From: a virus
Lineage: Duplodnaviria; Caudoviricetes
Length of the DNA stretch: 41,833 nucleotides
Strand: one strand, 5' to 3'
IMG/VR virus record: IMGVR_UViG_3300025288_000041
Location: 1 to 41,833 of that record
The notes under the pieces were generated by a model that searched no databases, was not told where the DNA came from, and was given only the letters and a program-made list of their open reading frames with translations. The position numbers and the translations under genes are program-made. Each line of letters begins with the position of its first letter. Position 1 is the stretch's first letter. Shown piece by piece: positions 6,554 to 16,490 of the stretch.

Positions 6554-9028
6554 ATGAATATTCAGCTCTCCGAAGAATTCCTGCGCGAACGCGGCATGGG
6601 CATGACCCGCCTTATCGAACAGGACATCACCGACAACTGGCCCCGCTACCAGAGAATCAAGCAGATCCGCTCCATCATCGACGGTTCGATCTCCAGCGAA
6701 ATGAAGCTGCCGTGGGCGGGCGCCAGCGCCATCAACATCCCGCTGATCCGCGAAAAAGAGCTCACCATGACCCCGCAGCTGATGTCCGCGTTCTGGGGCG
6801 TGGATCCCGTTATCACCGTTCAGCGACAGGGCGAGGAGTTCTACCGGCAGCAGACTGCCGAAGTCCAGGACTTCATGAATTTTGCCTACATGAAGGACAT
6901 CCCGGACCTGTACGAGACGACCGAAACCTGGTTGAGCGAGATGGTCGATTGCGGTCTGGCCACCCTCAAGCCCTACTGGAATAAACGCTACCGCCGAATC
7001 AGCGAAATGCACGTCGTCAAGCTGATGTACGTAGCCGGCGATGTGGATGCGGCCGAGCAGCCGGTCGAGCAACCGCGCGAAAAGACCGCCATGGAGATGC
7101 TGGTCGACGTGTTCGGGTTCTTCAACCCCACCGGAAATACCGAGGATGAAGTCCGCGGCCTGGTCGACGCGAACCAGCTCATGGACATGACCGATGCCGA
7201 GGTCGAAGGACAGGAACAGCCGGAGCCCACCGAGCCCTACAGCGAGCCACAGGACGAGATTTCAGCCCTGATGGACGAGATGGACGAACCGATCCCCGTG
7301 GGCGAGGACGTCATCGGCCAACGCTGGGACGTATTTTTCATCGAGGACCGGGAAAAGAATTGGGGCGAGGTCGAGTTCCTCGAGAGCACCAAGATCGACG
7401 AGATCCGGCTCAGGGTCTCCCGCGATATCATCGACCAGGATAACCCCCGCGTCGACCTGCTGGAGATCGAGGACTGCATCCTTCCGTTCCGCGCCAAGAA
7501 CGCCCAGGACGCTCAGCGCGTATCGCAACGGTTCTGGCTCTCGATGGAGGAGATCGAGGATCGCGTTTCGTCCGGGAAATGGAATATTACCGACGAGGAG
7601 ATGAAGGCCATCAAGGCCCACTCTACGAAGGTCACATGGCATGACCAGTACAACCCTGGCCTGCAGGAGCAGAAAGACGATCGGGCCGGACAGCGGGCGA
7701 GCGAGACCCAGGAGCGCCGGATTGATCGGCCCAAGGGATACAAGCCCTACAATGGCAATCTCGTGATGTGCTTCGAGGTCTATACCCGGGATGATATCGG
7801 TTATGGCCGGCGCGAGGAGGTCATCTACACCATCGTCTACGGGATCAAGAAGATTGTCCAGGCGCGACATCTTCACGAGGAATTTCCCCACGGCCGGCGC
7901 CCATTCATCACGGCCAAGTACAAGCCGATGGCCAACCGGAACCACGCCGAGGGCATGGGCGACCACCTGGCCGCCCTGAATCTCGAGATCAATACCCTCG
8001 TCAACCTTATCAACAACAACGAATCGCTGGTAAACAATCCCTGGTTCCTGTACGAGCCCACGTCGTTTACCGCCGGGTTGCTCGATGGCGTCAGTCCCGG
8101 ATCAGGGATCCCCTGCAACGATCCCAAGGGCGTCGTGTTCCCTCGATTCCAGGCGACTCCGCTGGCCGACATGAGCATGGTAACCACCCTGCTGATGTTT
8201 GCCGACCGGGTTTCGGTGACCCCGTTCATGGGCGGCAGCACGCAGATGAAAAATGCGCCCCGGACCGCCCGCGGAACCTTCACCATGCTGAACGAGGGGC
8301 ACCTGCGCACGGACATGCTGGTCACTCGCCTGCAGCGCACCGCCTGGATGGAGCTGGCCGAGCAGCTGTTCGGCCTGTACCGCGATTTTTGTCCGGACGA
8401 GAAGTGGTACTACGTCCTGCGCAAGGAGGAGCGGATCCCCAAGCGGATGACCAAGGAGCAGCTGCGCGGCCGGTACGAATTCTCCTTCACCGGAAACACC
8501 ATCAACACCAACCGGGAAGCCTTGCGCAACCAGGCTCAGATTCGATTCGCCAGCCTCATCGTGCTGCCCGACTACCAGATGGACCCGGAAGCCCGCAATG
8601 CCCTGATCGAGGATTTCCTGAATCATTGGGGAGATGGCGCCGACAAGCGCAGGCTGCTGCCGGCGCTGCCTGGACATGGATCCTTCGATCACCCGCCGTT
8701 TGTCCAGGAGAATGAAAACCACGTTCTCGAGCAGGGCATTCCGCTGATGGCACTACCCACGGACGACCATGCCGATCATCTGCGAAAGATGGCCACCTTC
8801 GAGAGAAGCCAGGCCTTCGAGCTGATGGATGTCAGCGCAGTTGGCGTCTGGGCCGCCCACAAACGGCAGCACCAGGTCTTCCTGGAACAGCAGATGCGCC
8901 AAAACATGCTCTCAGGTGGTGGCGCCGCCCCGGGTGGCGGGGGAGCCAACAACCTGCCAACCGGTGACACCATGGCCAATTCCGGTGAAGGAACTGGCCT
9001 GAGCACACTCCAAGGGGGAGTCTCTTGA
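6554..9028 (+). CDS. portal protein (P22-like), long, with an acidic insertion
   Basis: Follows TerL. LPWAGASAINIP, HGRRPF...GMGDHL...EINTLVN and TARG motifs and a Q/G-rich tail are typical of P22-like portals. Confidence 0.85.
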   Translation: MNIQLSEEFLRERGMGMTRLIEQDITDNWPRYQRIKQIRSIIDGSISSEMKLPWAGASAINIPLIREKELTMTPQLMSAFWGVDPVITVQRQGEEFYRQQTAEVQDFMNFAYMKDIPDLYETTETWLSEMVDCGLATLKPYWNKRYRRISEMHVVKLMYVAGDVDAAEQPVEQPREKTAMEMLVDVFGFFNPTGNTEDEVRGLVDANQLMDMTDAEVEGQEQPEPTEPYSEPQDEISALMDEMDEPIPVGEDVIGQRWDVFFIEDREKNWGEVEFLESTKIDEIRLRVSRDIIDQDNPRVDLLEIEDCILPFRAKNAQDAQRVSQRFWLSMEEIEDRVSSGKWNITDEEMKAIKAHSTKVTWHDQYNPGLQEQKDDRAGQRASETQERRIDRPKGYKPYNGNLVMCFEVYTRDDIGYGRREEVIYTIVYGIKKIVQARHLHEEFPHGRRPFITAKYKPMANRNHAEGMGDHLAALNLEINTLVNLINNNESLVNNPWFLYEPTSFTAGLLDGVSPGSGIPCNDPKGVVFPRFQATPLADMSMVTTLLMFADRVSVTPFMGGSTQMKNAPRTARGTFTMLNEGHLRTDMLVTRLQRTAWMELAEQLFGLYRDFCPDEKWYYVLRKEERIPKRMTKEQLRGRYEFSFTGNTINTNREALRNQAQIRFASLIVLPDYQMDPEARNALIEDFLNHWGDGADKRRLLPALPGHGSFDHPPFVQENENHVLEQGIPLMALPTDDHADHLRKMATFERSQAFELMDVSAVGVWAAHKRQHQVFLEQQMRQNMLSGGGAAPGGGGANNLPTGDTMANSGEGTGLSTLQGGVS

Positions 9029-9237
9029 GTGAACCATTGGGCGAATTGCCCCAGCATCCTCACTACCAGAAGCTCTATGTCATGATCGACTCGGAGATTG
9101 ACAGCAGGGTGGAACAGTTGTTAGGTAAGGCATGCACCAGCGATTTGACGGAGATCAATGAGCTGGGGGGAGAGCTGAGATGCTTGCGGGCGCTTCGAAA
9201 GCGCCTGATTGAAATCGAGGAGGAATCACATGGATAA
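9025..9237 (+). CDS. small helical hypothetical protein downstream of the portal
   Basis: GTGA overlap with the portal stop. Confidence 0.65.
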   Translation: MSEPLGELPQHPHYQKLYVMIDSEIDSRVEQLLGKACTSDLTEINELGGELRCLRALRKRLIEIEEESHG

Positions 9238-9427
9238 GAAGAAGAAGAAGGAAATGGCCGAGGAAGTCGCCGACCTTCAAGCCGTGAACAAGACCATGCG
9301 CGGAAGTGCTGGTGGAGAGCCGCCGTCGCACGCTGCCGCCGTTCGCACCGCGGAAGTGCTGGCTCGCGATCCCGGGTTCACTTCCAAGTCCCGGCCCCCG
9401 CGGACCCGCAAGTACGATCACCGGTAG
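9230..9427 (+). CDS. small basic hypothetical protein
   Basis: GAGGAGG SD before ATG at 9230 (MDKKKKK). Confidence 0.6.
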   Translation: MDKKKKKEMAEEVADLQAVNKTMRGSAGGEPPSHAAAVRTAEVLARDPGFTSKSRPPRTRKYDHR

Positions 9428-9432
9428 CTGTT

Positions 9433-9621
9433 ATGCCGTCGGTGAGCAAGAAGCAGGCACGAACCATGGCTGGAGCCTGCAACAACGAGGATTTTCGCAA
9501 GAAAGTCGGCATCTCCCGTGATGTCGCTTGCGAGTTTTTTCACGCCGATCAAGCCAAGAAGGGCAAGAGCGGCGAGAAAAAGAAGGGCCCGGTCAAAAAT
9601 CCGGGCCACAAGTACAGGTAG
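9433..9621 (+). CDS. small basic phage head-region protein (MPSxSxKQ...MA...KKVGI...EF..AD type)
   Basis: A pattern I recognise from short genes in head operons of uncultured podoviruses. Confidence 0.65.
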   Translation: MPSVSKKQARTMAGACNNEDFRKKVGISRDVACEFFHADQAKKGKSGEKKKGPVKNPGHKYR

Positions 9622-9667
9622 ACCCCGAGCATCGCGGCCCGGCGTCAAGGGCGCAAGGGAGACGATC

Positions 9668-10552
9668 ATGCCCAATCGAGAGCATGAGCTACTGCGGCAA
9701 GCAGACCAGGACGTACCGCCGGACCCGTCCTCCGGCAATTCCGGAAATCCGAACGATCATCAGTCGGGCACCAACAACCCTTCGGGCGGGGGTCAACCGT
9801 CGCGTGAATCGGGTGCCCAGGGCGATCCCAGCGGGCGCACGCCGGAGCAGGTTAAGCGGGAAATGGATCGAAAGTTCGACGAATGGGGAGATCGGTTCGG
9901 CCGGCTGGAAAACATGGTCTCGACGGTCCTGGAGCGGACAGCAGGAACGGGCTCGGCCCAACCTGCGGTATTGCCCTCGGGACAGCCTGACCTGAACAGT
10001 TATTCAGTCGCCCAGCTCGAGGCCTTCAAGGCCAGCGGGCAAGTGCCCGAGAACCTCAAGTCGACTTTCGACCAGCTGATCCAAGATCGGAAAATCAAGG
10101 AGATGGCGACATCCCTTGTCCGTCAGGAGCTGTCGGAACACGAATTCAAGACGCGCAAAAAGGAGTCAGAGGCCCTGGCTTTCAGGGCATATCCTGAACT
10201 GCGCGACAAGATGGGATCGTTTCGGCAGGTCACTAACCAGGCTCTCCTGGAGATGGGACAGGACGTCACCACGAAGAATCCGATGGCCCTTCTGCATGCC
10301 GCACAGATTGCGGCCGGCAGGCTGGGCATCAAGGGACGGCCGACCGTTAGTCATGATGTTGCCCCTGGTGGAACGGGCCCCGTGCCCAACGGCCAGGGCA
10401 GCAGCGAGATGTCTGACGACAAGATGCACGAGCTCGCACAGAGGCTCGGGCGCTCGATGCCTGGAGGGAAGTTCAGCGATGAAGCCCTCAAGCGCATCAA
10501 GGAAGCGTCCGGAATTTACCGCGACAACAAGCACCTGGTCATCAGGCAGTAA
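9668..10552 (+). CDS. scaffolding protein (putative)
   Basis: Disordered N-terminus, coiled-coil middle and short C-terminal helices. Lies between portal and capsid. Start MPNREH at 9668. Confidence 0.7.
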   Translation: MPNREHELLRQADQDVPPDPSSGNSGNPNDHQSGTNNPSGGGQPSRESGAQGDPSGRTPEQVKREMDRKFDEWGDRFGRLENMVSTVLERTAGTGSAQPAVLPSGQPDLNSYSVAQLEAFKASGQVPENLKSTFDQLIQDRKIKEMATSLVRQELSEHEFKTRKKESEALAFRAYPELRDKMGSFRQVTNQALLEMGQDVTTKNPMALLHAAQIAAGRLGIKGRPTVSHDVAPGGTGPVPNGQGSSEMSDDKMHELAQRLGRSMPGGKFSDEALKRIKEASGIYRDNKHLVIRQ

Positions 10553-10563
10553 GGAGAATCGCC

Positions 10564-11304
10564 ATGGCCGACAATAAGCCCCCCAAAGGGATTGACTCCG
10601 GTGAGTTCGAGAAGGTCCGCGAGGACCAGAACGAGCTCCGTCGTGATCTCAATACCGTGCGCGGAAGCGTGGACGAGATGGGCCAGAAGGTCAAAGAAAC
10701 CGGCGACCAGGTACAGGAGCTTTCGGGCAACTTGGACCGCGTTGGCGGGATGATCGAGAAGGTCCTCGGCCACATCGAATCCGAGCAGGTGGAGAAGGAG
10801 CGCCGGGATCGCCTCAACTCAGGCGCCGGCTACGCTCCTCCCGGTATTGAGGAAATGACGATTCTCCGCGATCCGTTCGACGAGCAGAACCCGCATGATT
10901 TTCTCGCACATCCCCCGGGATTCAAACTCGGGTGGATCAATCCTCGTTACCGAGAGACCAGGAACATGCGGGGCTGGATCCCCATTCAGTACGACGACGA
11001 GATCGGAAAACACCTGGATCAGTACATCCATGCTGCGCCGCCGCGTATGTCCAATGCGGTCGACAACATCGTCCGCAGGGGAGACGTGATGTTGTGTCGC
11101 TTGCCCAACGAGATTTGGGAAGCGCGTCAGCAGAAGCGGATTCTCAAGGCCATGCGCGGCACCAAGGCCTATGAGGCGTACATCCAGAACGACTCCCCCA
11201 ATCAGCGGGGAAATTTCCGCGAGCTCGGCGAACCGGTACTGGCCGCGAACGAGCGGCATCTCGGAGGACGGCAGCTGCACGATCCTGGCTCTCCTGACGA
11301 ATAG
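10564..11304 (+). CDS. head-operon hypothetical protein (coiled coil plus PPGFKLGWIN...GWIP...GDVMLCRLP domain)
   Basis: The motif resembles the conserved gene between scaffold and capsid-accessory genes in such podoviruses. Strong SD. Confidence 0.7.
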   Translation: MADNKPPKGIDSGEFEKVREDQNELRRDLNTVRGSVDEMGQKVKETGDQVQELSGNLDRVGGMIEKVLGHIESEQVEKERRDRLNSGAGYAPPGIEEMTILRDPFDEQNPHDFLAHPPGFKLGWINPRYRETRNMRGWIPIQYDDEIGKHLDQYIHAAPPRMSNAVDNIVRRGDVMLCRLPNEIWEARQQKRILKAMRGTKAYEAYIQNDSPNQRGNFRELGEPVLAANERHLGGRQLHDPGSPDE

Positions 11305-11315
11305 GAGAGACGACC

Positions 11316-11876
11316 ATGCCCGTTACTGGAAACATGGCCCTTCCGGGCCTGGTCCCGGTGCGCAACCCCAATGGCAACGCCCCGCAGATCACCTGGTATC
11401 AGGTGGATTCCGCTTACGGCAGCGCCATCGGAGAGGGCAATCTGCTGATCGAGACGACCGCGGGCGTGGAGCTCGCCGGCGCGACCGTGACCAACGGAAC
11501 CGTGCTCGGCGTCGCTGCTGCGAACGTCGCCGCCTCGCTCTCGGCCGATACCCCGATCCCGGTCTACGATGATCCGAACCAGATGTTCAGCATCATCGCA
11601 GACGGGGCGATCGCGGATACCAACATCATCCGTGGTCGCTTTGCCGGGATCGTCGCTGGGACCAACGTCTACAACTCGACGTTGAGGCAGGGCAACACCC
11701 AGCTGGACATTTCGGTAGCATCCGGGACCTTCGGGTCCGGGCTGCCGTTGCAGATCATGGAAGTGCTCAACAACATGGCCGACGACCTGACCGCTGCCAA
11801 CGTGGCTGTCATGGTTCGAATCGCCGCGGTTGTCCACTTCTGGACCTCGCAGTCCGGCACCACCAACAGGCCGTAG
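11316..11876 (+). CDS. capsid cement/decoration protein (putative)
   Basis: GLVPVR...AIGEG...VLGV...VYDDPNQMF pattern, immediately upstream of the major capsid gene. Confidence 0.7.
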   Translation: MPVTGNMALPGLVPVRNPNGNAPQITWYQVDSAYGSAIGEGNLLIETTAGVELAGATVTNGTVLGVAAANVAASLSADTPIPVYDDPNQMFSIIADGAIADTNIIRGRFAGIVAGTNVYNSTLRQGNTQLDISVASGTFGSGLPLQIMEVLNNMADDLTAANVAVMVRIAAVVHFWTSQSGTTNRP

Positions 11877-11891
11877 AAAGGACGGTGAATT

Positions 11892-12809
11892 ATGCCTTCT
11901 GCAGGAGGAATCCTTATGAGGCAGCATCTGTCCGATCTTTACCTGGACAGGCTGCCCTTCATCGACGAGATCCTGAGCTCCAACCTCGATGCGCCCATGC
12001 TGACTTACCCGCGCGTGTTCAACGTCAGGGACAGCAAGCGGGCCTTCGAGTACATCGTGGAAAAGACCGGACTCGGTCTGTTCCTCGAGAAGTCGGAAGG
12101 GGAAATGATCTCCTACGACAAGATTCTGCAGGGCTTCAACCAGAAGTTCACGCATGTTGAATTCGCCAAGGGTGTTGCGATCTCGAGCTCAGCGGCCGAG
12201 GACGACATCGACGGGGCCATCGACGACACGATGCCCGACCTGTCGTTCGCCGCGCGCGCTTCGATCGAGACGTTCATCTGGAACGTGTTCAACAATGGCT
12301 TCTCGTCGACCCTGTCGTCCGACGGCTCGACCCTGTTCAACGCCTCGCACACCTTGCGCGGCGGGGGGACGTTCGGCAACCTTCTGACGAACTCGGACCT
12401 CGCGGTCTCGACTCTCCAGACGGCGCTGAACATCTTCGACAACATGATCGACGAACGCGGCCTTCCGGTCGAAATGGAGGCGGCCAACCTGGTCTATCCT
12501 CCCGGCCTGCGTTGGCTGGTTCACGAGATCCTGCGGTCGGACCTGCGGCCGGACACCGCCAACAACGCCTCCAACGCCTTCAAGGAGGTCTCTCTCAACC
12601 CGGTCATGGTCAAATACCTGACCGGAGCCGACGACTGGTTCGTGACTGCGGATCCGTCTCGGGTGGGAACGATCGTCTACTGGCGCAAGGAGCCGTACTC
12701 CGATCACACCATCGACTTCGACACGGGAAACCTCAAGTCGAAGATGGGTTACCGCCTGTCCGCTGGTGCGAGCACCTGGCGCGGCGTGGTGGGTGCTCAG
12801 GGAGCGTAG
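11892..12809 (+). CDS. major capsid protein (Mu gpT-like, HK97 fold)
   Basis: SKRAFE...GLG...KSEG.MISYD, DG..LF.ASH, DERGLP and DFDTGNLKSK...WRGVVG motifs. Confidence 0.9.
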   Translation: MPSAGGILMRQHLSDLYLDRLPFIDEILSSNLDAPMLTYPRVFNVRDSKRAFEYIVEKTGLGLFLEKSEGEMISYDKILQGFNQKFTHVEFAKGVAISSSAAEDDIDGAIDDTMPDLSFAARASIETFIWNVFNNGFSSTLSSDGSTLFNASHTLRGGGTFGNLLTNSDLAVSTLQTALNIFDNMIDERGLPVEMEAANLVYPPGLRWLVHEILRSDLRPDTANNASNAFKEVSLNPVMVKYLTGADDWFVTADPSRVGTIVYWRKEPYSDHTIDFDTGNLKSKMGYRLSAGASTWRGVVGAQGA

Positions 12810-12812
12810 GCC

Positions 12813-13238
12813 ATGCGACCGCCGACACGATTCTACGATCCGGCATCGGGCCTCGATGGCCCGGTGTCCGGTGCGCTCGTCGTGATGACGGTTCATTTCG
12901 ATACGGCTCCCGGGGCCAGCGCGTCCATCAGTCGCCGAATCGACCTGCCTGCGGGCATGTCGTTCATGGTGACGGACGTGAAGGCTTTCGTTGGCACGGT
13001 CACCGGCAGCCCGACCCTCCAGGTTGGGGATACTGCCGGCGGTGTTGAGGTTGTGGCGGCGGCCGCGCTGTCCACGGGCCTGAACACCATGACCGTTGCC
13101 GACGGAACCATCGCTGCGGGTGGTCTGATCGACGTGACCATCACCACCGGAGCGGGCGAGGAAGTTGTTGCACCGTCCAGCGTGTCCATTGCGGGATACG
13201 TGACGGCGCCTCCGACCTCGGTCGTTCCCAACCCCTAA
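12813..13238 (+). CDS. virion structural protein (beta-sandwich, possible capsid accessory)
   Basis: T/G/V-rich protein directly after the capsid gene. Confidence 0.7.
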   Translation: MRPPTRFYDPASGLDGPVSGALVVMTVHFDTAPGASASISRRIDLPAGMSFMVTDVKAFVGTVTGSPTLQVGDTAGGVEVVAAAALSTGLNTMTVADGTIAAGGLIDVTITTGAGEEVVAPSSVSIAGYVTAPPTSVVPNP

Positions 13239-13260
13239 CCGGGCATAGGCCTATAACCTG

Positions 13261-13296
13261 GATGGTCGGCTGGCAGTTCGTCGGCCGGCCATCTTT
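13261..13296 (+). terminator. hairpin/terminator after the capsid block
   Basis: 13261-13274 pairs with 13280-13293 (14 bp including G-U pairs), followed by TTT. Confidence 0.5.
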
Positions 13297-13310
13297 CATC
13301 TGGAGTTTCC

Positions 13311-15008
13311 GTGCCGACGATCTGGCTCAGCACGTTAGGCAACAATGCGAACGACGGGTCGACGTATGCCCTGGCCAAGGCTACCCTGAACGGTGCCACC
13401 GGCGCCCTGAGCGCGGTCTCGCAGGGAGACACGATCAACGTCGTCAACGATGGAGACCATGCCTGCGTGACCTACGGAGGCACTACCGCCTGCCAGCTCG
13501 CCGGGACGGATTGGACAACGGACCCTGGGCTTACGATTCAGGGAACGGACTCGGCCGGTAACCCTGCTCTGGCGACCGTTAAAGCCGACACCACCAACAC
13601 CCACTGGCTCCGCACCTGGGCCGGCCTTTCCGGTGGTGGGGGCCAGTACATCACGGTCCAGGGAATCAAGTTCGATTTTACGGCCTGCTACAATGCCTCG
13701 GTCGCTGACATGAGACCGCTTTACTTCCACGGAAATATCGGTTCACACCGGATCTACGACTGCGAGTTCTGGTACACTCCGACCGTGGGTAGCGGGGTGA
13801 CCATCACCAACACCAACCACTTCACGCCGCTTTATTTCTCGGGGGCTTCGGTTGCGCTTTCTTCTGTTCATACGTTCGAGATGACCGGATGCCTGATGGT
13901 CAATGCTACTCGCTGCGACCTGCAGAGCATCAATTACCTGCATTTCGATATCCACCATAACGTCTGGATCAGGGACGCTCAGGGAATTCCGTCCTCGTCA
14001 GTCGTATTCGTCTGGCCCAACGAAGGGGCGATGACGGACTACGAGCGAGCCATCTACAACAACACATTCTATCAGGTCAGGTACGGATCTGAAAAAACCG
14101 ACCAGGAGATCATCACTTCTGGAATTGGTGATACTCCTTACTTGGTCCAGCACAGCAATCTTTTCTATGAGGAATGTGGTTCACTGGTGGTGGTTAACGG
14201 ATCCAACGGAGTTGTTCAGCAAGGCAACACCAGCGCATCCACCACAGGGACCGGTCCCTTCGGGTATAACACCATCGCGCTGGGACCATACCTCGATGCC
14301 TTCTATTCTGGCTGGTCCTCCTCGAGCCCAGGCCTGACGTCCTACCAGTTCAACGAGAACTACCGGGCAGGCCTGAGCTGGGCAGCCAGCGAGGTCAATG
14401 CCGGCACCAACCTGTACCACGCGGCCGCGCTCTCGGACATTTTCAGCGACGTCGCCAGCACCTACGCCTGGACGCCCAGCGGTAGCAGCTACTCGCATAC
14501 CGTTCCGATGGATCTGCGCCCAATCGTCGATCCCTACACCGCCTATGATGGGGGAATCACGGGCGCCCTACCGTCCGCGGTCACGGTTCCGGATTCCGGC
14601 GAGACCGGCGTCGTCGACCCTGGGGCCCTGCTGGATTCTCTGCCTTTCTACCGCCCGGTAATGAGCTGCAACCTCGAGGCCATGGTCCGGATCGACCGCA
14701 ACGGGAACATCGGCCACGTGGACGACCGCCACTACATCGTGGATCGAATCTACGATGAAGACGTCGGCCGAGTGTTCATCGTTCCTGCAGGAGAAACCTG
14801 GTCGGTAAATCTGAGTGGAGTCAACAAAGCAAGCCTGTTCATGGTTGAGGCTGATACCAGTGTCGTCTTGACCGTGACCACCGAAACAGAGAGTATGGAA
14901 TTGACCCTGAACGAAATGCTGGTCGTCGATGGAGCCGATGTGATGTCCTTTGATATCCAGAACAGCGGATCCACCGACGCGGAAATTCAGTTTTTGGCTA
15001 TTCAGTAG
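13311..15008 (+). CDS. beta-helix (pectin-lyase-like) spike protein with a C-terminal virion-anchor module
   Basis: GNNANDGST..AKATL...GDTINV N-terminus and IHHNVW / IYNNTF beta-helix rungs. Confidence 0.7.
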   Translation: MPTIWLSTLGNNANDGSTYALAKATLNGATGALSAVSQGDTINVVNDGDHACVTYGGTTACQLAGTDWTTDPGLTIQGTDSAGNPALATVKADTTNTHWLRTWAGLSGGGGQYITVQGIKFDFTACYNASVADMRPLYFHGNIGSHRIYDCEFWYTPTVGSGVTITNTNHFTPLYFSGASVALSSVHTFEMTGCLMVNATRCDLQSINYLHFDIHHNVWIRDAQGIPSSSVVFVWPNEGAMTDYERAIYNNTFYQVRYGSEKTDQEIITSGIGDTPYLVQHSNLFYEECGSLVVVNGSNGVVQQGNTSASTTGTGPFGYNTIALGPYLDAFYSGWSSSSPGLTSYQFNENYRAGLSWAASEVNAGTNLYHAAALSDIFSDVASTYAWTPSGSSYSHTVPMDLRPIVDPYTAYDGGITGALPSAVTVPDSGETGVVDPGALLDSLPFYRPVMSCNLEAMVRIDRNGNIGHVDDRHYIVDRIYDEDVGRVFIVPAGETWSVNLSGVNKASLFMVEADTSVVLTVTTETESMELTLNEMLVVDGADVMSFDIQNSGSTDAEIQFLAIQ

Positions 15009-15019
15009 GAGGAATTGCC

Positions 15020-15460
15020 ATGACGTCCCCGTTCCAAATTCAAGGTGGAATTAATCACACGGAAATCTACATCAAAGAATTTTCCGGAGATGGCGACACC
15101 GACGCCACGGTGGTTCTTGATCTTCCTCCGGGGTTCTACTATCTCGGGATCGCGCTGACCTGTGCCTCGATTGCCGGTGGCTCTGGGACCGTGGCGCTGA
15201 GCATGTTCACAGACCAAGCGCAAACCACGCTTCTGAGTGCGAATCTTGCCCTTATCGCCCAGGCCGCCGGAAAGCTGGCTGCCCTGGTTACCACCGGGTC
15301 GATTGGTTATGTGGCAAGCGCCATAGACCAACCGTCCTCCGCAACGGCTGAGTTCAATCATGTTTTGGCAATCCCGTTCGGCGTCAAGGTGATTATCAGC
15401 CATGGGACGATCACGAGCGGAACCTACAGCGGAGCGGTATTCGCTCAAAAGGTGGGATAG
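15020..15460 (+). CDS. virion structural protein
   Basis: AGGAGG SD, beta-rich composition, position in the structural operon. Confidence 0.7.
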   Translation: MTSPFQIQGGINHTEIYIKEFSGDGDTDATVVLDLPPGFYYLGIALTCASIAGGSGTVALSMFTDQAQTTLLSANLALIAQAAGKLAALVTTGSIGYVASAIDQPSSATAEFNHVLAIPFGVKVIISHGTITSGTYSGAVFAQKVG

Positions 15461-15461
15461 C

Positions 15462-16490
15462 ATGGAAACCGGGCTTTCCCTGATCCAAGAGATCCAGGAC
15501 CGCATCGGCTGGACGGTAACCGGAAGCATCGAGGGCAGCTACGGCAAGGATCCGGAGGTCCGCAAGGTTCTGCTGATCCTCAACCGGGTGTTGAAGAATC
15601 TGGGTCCCATGGACGATTGGCCCATGCTCAACACCGAGGGCACCCTGCTGACAAATGCGCCGGTGACCGGAAGCGATGTGCGTCTGGATTTGACCAACGG
15701 CTCGAAGACCGTTGCGATCTCGAGCTTCGACGTCTCGGACGGGGGAGCCCAGGCAACGCCGTTTTTGCAGGCGCATAAGGTCTGGGCCATTCAGATCGGC
15801 AGCGGCACTCCTATCTACCGGGTCGCATCCATCGACTCGCCCACGCAGATCACTCTCAACAGGCCGTGGATCGGTGACAGCAACACTCCCACCGGCGCGG
15901 ACAGCGACACCTTCTACGATTTCACGATGGCCATGGACCAGTACGCTTTGCCGACGGACTTCGACCGGCCCATCGACCAGTGGAAGGACTTCCTGGCTGC
16001 CTATGGATTGACGCCGCTGTCTCCGCGGCAATTCCGTGCCCTGCGCCTGGCCGAGGGATTCAGCCTGGACACGAGCGATCCGGACTATTTCACCGTCTAT
16101 GGGTTGAACGAGGATGGAACGTATCAGATGCTACACCTGCATCCGTTCCCCAAGCAGCAGACGATGATGGAGTACAGCTATGTACGGGACCACCCGACGA
16201 TCAAGAACGACAAGGATCTGGTGCTCTTTCCTGTGAGCCAGCACGGGATGATTGTCGAGGCCGTGATCCACCTGTCGCAGCGCGATTATGAGGATGACCA
16301 GAAGTTCATGGCCGCGCTGCAGGAGTTCATGCGGCAATTCAGCAGCAGCGTTGGGAAGATGTCCCTGGTTTCGGACGTCAAACAGATTCGACCGAAAATC
16401 TCGCGCATGCGCATGTTGCAGCAGTCAAGCCGCGTGAGGATGGATTGGGGCGACTTCTGGGACCATTACAACGAGGGACCGTTGCCGTGA
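15462..16490 (+). CDS. head-tail adaptor / tail tubular protein A-like
   Basis: N-terminal helices, DWP.L, QYALPTDF, LHLHPFP...YSY pattern. Start METGLS at 15462. Confidence 0.75.
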   Translation: METGLSLIQEIQDRIGWTVTGSIEGSYGKDPEVRKVLLILNRVLKNLGPMDDWPMLNTEGTLLTNAPVTGSDVRLDLTNGSKTVAISSFDVSDGGAQATPFLQAHKVWAIQIGSGTPIYRVASIDSPTQITLNRPWIGDSNTPTGADSDTFYDFTMAMDQYALPTDFDRPIDQWKDFLAAYGLTPLSPRQFRALRLAEGFSLDTSDPDYFTVYGLNEDGTYQMLHLHPFPKQQTMMEYSYVRDHPTIKNDKDLVLFPVSQHGMIVEAVIHLSQRDYEDDQKFMAALQEFMRQFSSSVGKMSLVSDVKQIRPKISRMRMLQQSSRVRMDWGDFWDHYNEGPLP

